64,000 bases of DNA, from the NCBI GenBank assembly GCA_024276575.1, contig JAJRWY010000065.1, forward strand, positions 15 through 64,014, written 5' to 3'. Shown here piece by piece: positions 48,694 to 55,384 of the stretch. Each line of letters opens with the position of its first letter. Within the stretch, counting starts at the first letter, position 1. The notes under the pieces are model-generated. The model was given only the letters and a program-made list of their open reading frames with translations, did no database searches and had not been told where the DNA came from. The position numbers and the translations under genes are program-made. Source of the DNA: Candidatus Binatota bacterium. GTDB taxonomy: Bacteria; Desulfobacterota; Binatia; UBA1149; CAITLU01.

Positions 48694-48925
48694 GAGTCTC
48701 GAGCCCAAGCCTAAAGTTACGAGTTCCATGCCCCGCGTCTCGAGCCCAAGCCTGGAGTTGCGAGTTCCACGCCCCGAGTCCCGAGCCCAAGCCTGGAGTT
48801 ACGAATTCCACGCCTCGAGTCTCGAGTCCAAGCCTGGAGTTACGAGTTTCACGCCTCGAGTCTCGAGCCCAGGCCTAGAGTTACGAGTTTCACGCCTCGC
48901 ATTTCACGCCTCGAGTCTTGAACCC
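48694..48925. repeat. tandem array of five complete 41-bp units plus partial units
   Basis: Units at 48694, 48735, 48776, 48817 and 48858, consensus GAGTCTCGAGCCCAAGCCTGGAGTTACGAGTTCCACGCCTC. Each unit looks like two related ~20-bp half-units (GAGTCTCGAG.../GAGTTACGAG...). Partial copies run 48899-48925. The array begins 28 nt upstream of the tilS ATG. Confidence 0.95.
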
Positions 48926-49188
48926 GGTGTCATTTTGCCCTCCTCGCGGGCAAAACAAAGCGCAGGGTTTCCTCGATACTGCGATGGGCCTGGCGGCCGC
49001 ATTGTTTACAAAAGCTCGCCGTCGGACTCTTCATAAATAGTCTTCGTGAATACTCCACGCCCTGAACTGTGCGCGGCGGAAACTCCTGCTGTCGAAGGCG
49101 GAGATGTCGAAGATGGAGATATGGAAACCGGAGTCAGGGCAATCGTCGTGGTTGGCAACGGCGGGACCGATTTGGCAGCATCGTGGCG

Positions 49189-49947
49189 ATGAGTATTGCA
49201 AGCCTCGCATTTGGTCCGGCTTCGAGTCTGTTTTTCGCATTCTTGATCGCGCAAGCGGCTTACGCCCAAGTGCCTTCCTCGGCGCAGCACGCTTCGCCGG
49301 GGGCCGTCTTTGCTACTGACGGGCCAGCCGGTTCTGGTGACCGGGCCCAGGATGCCACGGCAGAGGAGTCCGCCAAGCAGGAAGAATCGGTGCTGACGAA
49401 CCCTTTTGCCGAACAGAGTCGCGAGCGCATGGAAGCCCTGGCCGAGGAACTGCACCGCATAGCCGACGAGTTCGGGCCGGATGCGGTAGTCTTGCAGACC
49501 AAGCTGTTGGTCAAGAGCCTGGCGGCCGGCGCGTTGGGACCGACCGAAGTCAAAGTAGTGGGTCCCACGACTTACGACGGCCGGTCTTATCTGCTCATAG
49601 CAGTAGCCACCGGCATACTTTTCGACGAAGCCGAAGGCAGCCCCGAGTCGCGTGCCGACTATCTTTGGCGAAGGATCGCAGCTCCGGTGCTCGACGGCAT
49701 GGGTTCGTTCAATATGGACCCGGGTGGCTTGCAACTGGAACTCGGCTTCGGCGTCCAAGACATGGCCGGATTGGGACTCAAGCGCCTGGATGCTTCGGAG
49801 CCCTCCGCGCCGGCGACGGTCACCATGAACTTCGATGCGCGATCATTGAGCCAGCTACTCGTGGGAGCGACCGGCCTAGCGGAGTTGCGCCGCTTGGCCC
49901 GAGCCCGCTACGGCGCCCACAGCCTGGAGAACTGGGGATCACGCTGA
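49189..49947 (+). CDS. secreted hypothetical protein
   Basis: ATG 49189 gives the signal peptide MSIASLAFGPASSLFFAFLIAQAAYAQ. Acidic/hydrophobic composition and codon usage look more protein-like than the Arg-rich antisense ORF 49006-49758. Confidence 0.55.
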   Translation: MSIASLAFGPASSLFFAFLIAQAAYAQVPSSAQHASPGAVFATDGPAGSGDRAQDATAEESAKQEESVLTNPFAEQSRERMEALAEELHRIADEFGPDAVVLQTKLLVKSLAAGALGPTEVKVVGPTTYDGRSYLLIAVATGILFDEAEGSPESRADYLWRRIAAPVLDGMGSFNMDPGGLQLELGFGVQDMAGLGLKRLDASEPSAPATVTMNFDARSLSQLLVGATGLAELRRLARARYGAHSLENWGSR

Positions 49948-50203
49948 TGAGGGGCCGTCAAGTCGACAAGGCCTTCGGTAGCGACCGCCGTTACCGCACC
50001 CGCGTCTTCGCTTTGTTCATTCTAGTCGGCTTCTTACTCTTCATGCGGGCGTCCAGCTCGTTGCTACTACTACCCTGAAGTTGCCGCTACTGCACTGGCC
50101 GCGCTGCATTGCAATCAGCAAGGGGTAGCCAACGGATGGGCCTTTCCTGCAAACTAGCACTCCGGTCTTCGACCCCCTACGCTATCTCTTCCTGCTCTTG
50201 CTG

Positions 50204-50596
50204 CTACCAGATCGTTTCGACGTGTGGGTAGTCGAGGATCTTACGGTCGGCGGTCAGCACTGCGCACGACATGACACGGGCCGTAGCGACCAGAATACGG
50301 TCGGCGGGATCCCGGTGGAACGGTTCAGGCAGAGAGTATGCCTCTTCGATGATGGCAAGGTCGATGTCGACGCTGTGCCAGGCGTTTAGCTCGACGAAAT
50401 GACGAAACCAGAGCTTCCAGTGGCGATCCAGTTCCAGCCTACCGCGTTCCACGGCGCAGGCCACTTCGGCGCAACTGATCGGCGACAGCAGCACGCTGGT
50501 CTCCGGAGCGGTCAGAACCTCACGTGCTCTGTCCGTCATCGCATCCGGCTCGGAGATTGCCCAGATCAGCGCACAGGTGTCGAGGAGAACGTGCAC
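50204..50596 (-). CDS. vapC: PIN-domain toxin VapC
   Basis: 130 aa with PIN acidic residues in context: LLDTCALIW, AEV, HRDPADRILVA and LTADRKI. It lies 6 nt downstream of the antitoxin gene. Confidence 0.85.
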   Translation of the reverse strand: MHVLLDTCALIWAISEPDAMTDRAREVLTAPETSVLLSPISCAEVACAVERGRLELDRHWKLWFRHFVELNAWHSVDIDLAIIEEAYSLPEPFHRDPADRILVATARVMSCAVLTADRKILDYPHVETIW

Positions 50597-50602
50597 CGTT
50601 GC

Positions 50603-50848
50603 TCAGTTCTCGAGCATCTGCCAATCGCTCTCGGGAATCAGGGGTTCGGTCAGATCTCCCAGTGTCTTTGCGGTGCCCCGGCCAGCGCCGAGTTTAGTTT
50701 CATTTCGTTGGCTGGAGGGAATCGGCACGACGCGCGCAATCGGCAAGTTTCGCCGCCGGATCTCGATCTCCTCGCCGCGCTCTACTTCGGCGATGAAGCG
50801 GCTTAGCGAACTCTTGAACTCCGCGATGTTGGCAGTCTTCATGGTCAC
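50603..50848 (-). CDS. Phd/YefM-type antitoxin
   Basis: N-terminal (M)KTANIAEFKSSLSRFIAEVERGEEIEIRRRNLPIARVVP is typical of Phd/YefM-family antitoxins. Start is GTG 50848 or ATG 50842. Confidence 0.8.
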   Translation of the reverse strand: MTMKTANIAEFKSSLSRFIAEVERGEEIEIRRRNLPIARVVPIPSSQRNETKLGAGRGTAKTLGDLTEPLIPESDWQMLEN

Positions 50849-50877
50849 AATATAGGCCTAGTTGAAGGCTATATCAA
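50849..50877 (-). promoter_or_regulatory. sigma70-type promoter TTGATA-N17-TATATT abutting the antitoxin start
   Basis: - strand reads TTGATA TAGCCTTCAACTAGGCC TATATT GTGACC ATG. The A of ATG 50842 is 7 nt after the -10 element. The spacer contains an imperfect palindrome TATAGCCT..AGGCCTATA. Confidence 0.4.
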
Positions 50878-50885
50878 CGACATTC

Positions 50886-51057
50886 TGTGCGAGCTGGCGA
50901 GCATAGCGAAGGTGGTGAGATTGCACGCGGGGGGGCGGTCTGTGGGGTGGTGGCGATGCGTGGAATCGTGAGCTGTGCGAGCTGGCGAGCATAGCGAAGG
51001 TGGTGAGATTGCACGCGGGGGGGCGGTCTGTGGGGTGGTGGCGATGCGTGGAATCGA
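50886..51057. repeat. perfect 84-bp tandem duplication (50886-50969 and 50974-51057, 4-bp spacer TGAG) that includes the last 21 nt of tRNA(CAT)
   Basis: The two copies were compared base by base and are identical. Copy 2 runs into the intact tRNA gene. Copy 1 carries an orphan tRNA 3' end (tggtggcgatgcgtggaatcg). Confidence 0.95.
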
Positions 51058-51113
51058 ACCACGGACCTAGGGATTATGAGACCCTCGCTCTAACCAACTG
51101 AGCTACATCGCCA
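51037..51113 (-). tRNA. tRNA with CAT anticodon (elongator Met or lysidine-dependent Ile2), CCA encoded
   Basis: Manual cloverleaf: GGCGATG-TA-GCTC-AGTTGGTTA-GAGC-G-AGGGT-CTCATAA-TCCCT-AGGTC-CGTGG-TTCGATT-CCACG-CATCGCC-A-CCA. G1-C72 is paired, so it is not initiator-like. The 31-39 position is a U-U mismatch. Confidence 0.9.
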
Positions 51114-51249
51114 CAGGATCGTCTCAGGGCCGGACAGCGAAACTTTTTACAGCCGCATGCCGATGTCAAATCTCCTCCGCGCTGCAAGTACTCGCGGCGC
51201 AGCTTGCGCTCGCGAACTTCTTACCCGAAGCCAGTCCGGACAATAGTTC

Positions 51250-52245
51250 TCAGCTTTGCCCGTTAGATGAATCCGCGAGTATGTCTGCAAGCATCGCGCT
51301 ATTGCCGAGCAGTTCGAGTGCGGCCCGATAGGGGTCGGCGCTACCGCGGACTACGCCTTCGAGCAACCCGGCCATGGGTGCACGCCCGGCCCCGTCTCTC
51401 AGGCGGCGCATTACCTCTTCCTCGCAGATCTCCATGACTTCGGCTTTCAGGCGCTGCGCTCTGAGGTCGGATCGAGGTTGCGACGCCAGATGTTCACGAT
51501 GCTTCCAGCAAGCGTCGATCAGTTCTTTCGTCCCCTTTCCGGCAGCGGCCTGCGTGAGCATCACCGGCACCTGCCAGGAGTCTTCTCCGCTGTCGTGGCT
51601 CAGCGACAGCATCATCTCGAGTTCAGTGCGCATGCGGACCGCGCCGTCGCGGTCGGCTTTGTTGACTACGAAGATGTCGGCGATTTCGAGCAAGCCCGCC
51701 TTCATTACCTGCACGGTGTCACCGGATTCGGGGACCAGCACCACGACCACGGAGTCGGCGACTTCCATGATGTCGAGTTCGGTCTGCCCCACCCCTACGG
51801 TCTCGATTACCACCACGTCCTTGCCGAAGGCGTCGAGCAGGCGCACTACGTCGCGTCCGGAGCGTGCCAGGCCGCCGTGGCTGCCGCGTGTGGAGAGGCT
51901 GCGGATGAATACCCCCTCGTCCAGGAAGTGTTTTTGCATGCGGATGCGGTCGCCGAGTACCGCTCCTCCGGAAAACGGGGACGAGGGATCAATGGCGACC
52001 ACGCCCACGGTCAGCCCGCGCTCGCGCAAATGCTGTACCAGGCAGCTTGTCAGTGTCGATTTACCGGCTCCCGGCGGTCCGGTAATCCCCAAGGTGTAGG
52101 CACGGCCGCAGGACGGATAAATGCGCGACATTATCGCAGCGGTGCCGCTGTTTCGGTTCTCCACCAAGGTGATGAGCCGCGCCAGGGCAATGCGGTCTCC
52201 TTTGAGCATTGCCGCGCTGAGCTGTTCCGGATCTCTATTTCTCAT
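51250..52245 (-). CDS. meaB: methylmalonyl-CoA-mutase-associated G3E GTPase MeaB/ArgK
   Basis: GITGPPGAGKSTL, ETVGVGQ and VVNKADRD. ATG start directly abuts the lipB stop. Confidence 0.9.
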   Translation of the reverse strand: MRNRDPEQLSAAMLKGDRIALARLITLVENRNSGTAAIMSRIYPSCGRAYTLGITGPPGAGKSTLTSCLVQHLRERGLTVGVVAIDPSSPFSGGAVLGDRIRMQKHFLDEGVFIRSLSTRGSHGGLARSGRDVVRLLDAFGKDVVVIETVGVGQTELDIMEVADSVVVVLVPESGDTVQVMKAGLLEIADIFVVNKADRDGAVRMRTELEMMLSLSHDSGEDSWQVPVMLTQAAAGKGTKELIDACWKHREHLASQPRSDLRAQRLKAEVMEICEEEVMRRLRDGAGRAPMAGLLEGVVRGSADPYRAALELLGNSAMLADILADSSNGQS

Positions 52246-52932
52246 CTAGTTTCCGAGCCCGCCCGCACGCGAGCGACGGCCCAAGCTTTCCTCGATATTG
52301 TCGGCGAGAACGCAGGATACATCTTCAACGCTCGGACGCTCGGCGCTGTGCGCATAGATGTTCGTGGCTTGCTCCGAGGCGACGCCGCAGGTGACGATAC
52401 AGTCAAAAACCGAGACATCCAAGCTCACGTTGACCGATACGCCGTGGTAGCTGACCCCGCGCACGATTCGCAGGCCCAGGGACGCGATTTTAGCCCCTGC
52501 TGTCCACAGTCCCGGGTGCCCGCAACGCCGCTCGGTCTCGATGCCATAGCCGCGAAGGCTTGCCGCGATCGCGTCTTCGAGCAGTTGCACCCACTGCCTT
52601 ACGCCCAGGCCGCAGGCGGCGATATCCACCAAGGGGTAGACGACGGCTTGTCCGGGGCCGTGATAAGTTGCCCGCCCTGCCCTGTCCGACCGTAGCAACT
52701 CCAGGCCGGCTTCGTGGCGGCGGGCCTCGTCCCACAAGACGTCGCTCATCGGGGCGTTGCGCCCCAGCGAGATCGTCGGCGGGTGCTCCACCGTAATCAA
52801 GGTGTCGCCGATTTCGCCGCGACAACGGCGCCGGTGGAGCTGCAACTGCCGCCTCAGCGCCTGCCCGTAGGCGACGCGTCCCCAATGCTCGCGCCGGGCT
52901 TCGTAAGCACCCGTATGTGAGTCCATTTTCAT
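52246..52932 (-). CDS. lipB: octanoyltransferase (lipoyl(octanoyl) transferase)
   Basis: LITVEHPPTISLGRN, RAGRATYHGPGQAVVYP and AKIASLGLR. I prefer ATG 52932 or 52926. The track start 53034 is a CTG. Confidence 0.9.
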   Translation of the reverse strand: MKMDSHTGAYEARREHWGRVAYGQALRRQLQLHRRRCRGEIGDTLITVEHPPTISLGRNAPMSDVLWDEARRHEAGLELLRSDRAGRATYHGPGQAVVYPLVDIAACGLGVRQWVQLLEDAIAASLRGYGIETERRCGHPGLWTAGAKIASLGLRIVRGVSYHGVSVNVSLDVSVFDCIVTCGVASEQATNIYAHSAERPSVEDVSCVLADNIEESLGRRSRAGGLGN

Positions 52933-53210
52933 TGCCGGAACCGTTGCGAGCGATCCGCCACACAGCGCGATGCTCGAAACCGCGACGATAGCGCCGGCAA
53001 GGAAAGACGCAAGGAGAGGCACAGGGCGAGACACTGGCTTCCAGCCTGGGGACTGATAAGCCGCAAGGGGGATAGCCGCCTACGCGATGGCCGACGGTAA
53101 GACGGTAAGAAGAGACTCCGGGTTCCAGGATGGGAACCGAGAGCAGGCGCGGCCGCCGGAGATGGCCCGGATATAGCCTTAGGCGCCGGCAGTGTTATCC
53201 TGGCCGGGTA

Positions 53211-53540
53211 ATGAGGCGTTCTTCTCGAGTGTTCCTGGTTGGTATGGCCTTGCTGCTGCTGGGCAGCGCCAACTGGCTGATGGGCAGGTCGAAGATGAAG
53301 GAGTACGAGGCCGTGTTGCAAAACGCCATCGCCATCGACGGCCCGTCGATAGCCGAACCTTTCCGGGGCACCGCGACCATCCTGGAACCCGCAACGGATG
53401 CGCGTTTCCTCTACGAAAGTGCCAGCATCAAGCGCGACTACTACCGGGTGGTCAAGCGCGGCGGGCGTTTCCTTACGGTGCTCGGCACCATCCTCGTCCT
53501 GGGCGCAATGCTTCGCAGGTACCTAGTCCCGCAGCGTTGA
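53211..53540 (+). CDS. small hypothetical membrane protein (two terminal TM segments)
   Basis: ATG 53211 gives MRRSSRVFLVGMALLLLGSANWL ... FLTVLGTILVLGAML. No recognisable domain. Confidence 0.4.
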   Translation: MRRSSRVFLVGMALLLLGSANWLMGRSKMKEYEAVLQNAIAIDGPSIAEPFRGTATILEPATDARFLYESASIKRDYYRVVKRGGRFLTVLGTILVLGAMLRRYLVPQR

Positions 53541-54088
53541 GCCAGTGGGGACTCAGGCCGCCGCAAACGCGGGCTGGCCGCTATCGCCTTGGCCGGAATT
53601 ATTCATGAACCCCGGTTGCGAGACTCACAAGCGCCCGTGAGATCGGCCAAATGGGTCCACGCACAGCGTTGCGTGTCCGATCGCCCCGGCGGCCGCGTAG
53701 CGCGCCGGGTGTGCGATAATGTGCACTTTCTCGCGGTTTCGTTTTTTGATTCACGTTGCGCCGGGAATCAGACATTTCGCGCCCTTGCGGCGGTCCTAAT
53801 CGCGGCCATTGCGTCTAGTGCTGTTGACCCCGTACATCGCTGCACGCTACTATTCAGGGGTTGAGCGCTCTGTTTCGAGCGCGCGTGGAGGAGGAGGACG
53901 AGGATGCAGCGGGCGCGCCGACTATGCGTGTCGTTCAGGGTCGAGCCGCGGCTTGGCCCCCCGGGAGCGATAACGCACAATTCCAACGGTATTTTCGGTA
54001 TTTTGTCTGCCAAACACTCCCTGGCGCCCAACTCGGTTCTGCCGGTGCGTAAAGGGCCGGAACCGTCTCTGTCGCGGGGGCGGCGCCC

Positions 54089-55384
54089 GTGAGCGAGTCA
54101 GCCGCTGCTGAGACTGTAACCACGGATTCCTACTCGGACTGTGTCTATGAACTTGCGCGCGAGGCAGCCCGGGGTGCTTCTCCCCCGGCTCTGGCGCGCA
54201 GGGCCATCGACATTCTTCAACGAGAGCTACGCTGCGGCTTCGTCCGGGCCTACTTTTCGTCGCCCTCACTGAGTTTTTGCCTGGATCAGGATGGCGACGC
54301 TGAGTGCGAGGCTCCGCGAGCTTTGCTCGAAAGCCTGCATTCCTCGAAGCGTCCGGCCGGTGATTGCACGGCTGCAGACGGCGCGGCCGGCGAGGATACT
54401 CCCACGAGAATCTACTGCAAGGCATCTCGAGCCGGCGGCCCGGCGCCTTTGATGCACTCGGTGATGACCGCACTCGGCGTCGAGCTGCTGGCCCCTTTGT
54501 ATTGTGGAGACTCAGCCCGCGGCCTTGTCGCGTTAGGCTCCAGGAGCGGCGGCTACTTGGAGCGGGATCTAGAGTTTGTGGAATTGCTCGCCTCGCAGTT
54601 GGCTCTGTTCTGCTCTAACGCGATGTTGCGCGAAGACGTCGAGAGAACCCGCGAACTGATGACCCGTAACGACCGTCTTTCCTCGATCGGTGCGATGACG
54701 GCGGGGTTGGCGCACGAGATCCGCAACCCCCTGGTTTCGCTTCGGACCTTTACTCAATTACTTCCCGAGCAGTACGATGACGAGGAGTTCCGCGGCACTT
54801 TCCTGGACCTCACACTCTCCGAGATCGACCGGGTCTGTACCCTGGTGGGCGAATTGTTGACGTTTGCACGGCCGGTCTCGGGAGCCGATGAGCTGAGCGT
54901 AGATCTGGTCGACTGCGTGGAACGGCTTTGCGTTCTACTGAAGAGCCAAGCCCGCTCCGCCGGTGCGGAATTGATCTGTAAGCCGCTGCTGCCTACGCCT
55001 TGGGTGCGGCTTGACGAGGACCGTCTCAAGCAAGTCCTGATGAATCTTGCCATGAACGCCATTCAATCCGGCGGCGACGTCGTCGAGTTCGTCATCTCCG
55101 AGTGCGAGAACGGGACCATGGCGCGGATCGACATCGTCGACAATGGGCGCGGGATCAGCGAAGAAGCCCAGCGGCGTATTTTCGAGCCCTTTTACACTAC
55201 GCGCAAGGAGGGCACCGGGCTGGGTCTGCCGATTGCGAAGCAAATAGTGGAAGAGATCGGAGGCTCGCTGCAGATCGACAGCCGGCCAGGCCGGGGAACG
55301 CGCTTCAGCGTGTTGTTGCCGGCCGCGTTGCTGCGGCCCGAAGCGGACGGCGCCATAGCCATAGCGGGGTGTGCCGGTGGCTAG
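54089..55384 (+). CDS. cytoplasmic sensor histidine kinase (GAF-like N-terminus, HisKA, HATPase_c)
   Basis: H-box GLAHEIRNPL, N-box NLAMNAIQ, G1 DNGRGI and G2 GTGLGLPIA. GTG start. Confidence 0.85.
   Translation: MSESAAAETVTTDSYSDCVYELAREAARGASPPALARRAIDILQRELRCGFVRAYFSSPSLSFCLDQDGDAECEAPRALLESLHSSKRPAGDCTAADGAAGEDTPTRIYCKASRAGGPAPLMHSVMTALGVELLAPLYCGDSARGLVALGSRSGGYLERDLEFVELLASQLALFCSNAMLREDVERTRELMTRNDRLSSIGAMTAGLAHEIRNPLVSLRTFTQLLPEQYDDEEFRGTFLDLTLSEIDRVCTLVGELLTFARPVSGADELSVDLVDCVERLCVLLKSQARSAGAELICKPLLPTPWVRLDEDRLKQVLMNLAMNAIQSGGDVVEFVISECENGTMARIDIVDNGRGISEEAQRRIFEPFYTTRKEGTGLGLPIAKQIVEEIGGSLQIDSRPGRGTRFSVLLPAALLRPEADGAIAIAGCAGG

Noticed and set aside
48694-48925. CRISPR array interpretation of the 41-bp repeats, and a parS reading of the GTTTCACG segments
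   Set aside because: The units are contiguous with no spacers, and no cas genes are present. Only one parS half-site is matched and the palindromic partner is absent.
48509-49036. 175-aa + ORF with repeated peptide segments, and the 48729 ATG extension of tilS
   Set aside because: The peptide repetition is a by-product of the 41-bp DNA repeat. That period is not a multiple of 3, so the repeated peptides shift frame. The array is not coding.
49006-49758. 250-aa - strand ORF competing with the + strand secreted protein
   Set aside because: It is Arg-rich with a low-complexity tail. The + strand frame has a clean signal peptide and better codon usage.
49947-50078. 43-codon ORF (one predicted TM) whose ATG overlaps the stop of the secreted hypothetical gene
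   Set aside because: It is plausible as a coupled small membrane protein, but there is no motif or conservation evidence. I left it unannotated.
50874-51062. 62-aa - strand ORF with an internally duplicated sequence
   Set aside because: It is an artefact of translating the 84-bp tandem duplication and the tRNA 3' end.
52933-53034. Hydrophobic, signal-peptide-like N-terminal extension of LipB in the track ORF
   Set aside because: The extension starts at a CTG codon, its lipobox is imperfect (IALC), and LipB is cytoplasmic. ATG 52932/52926 gives the normal N-terminus.
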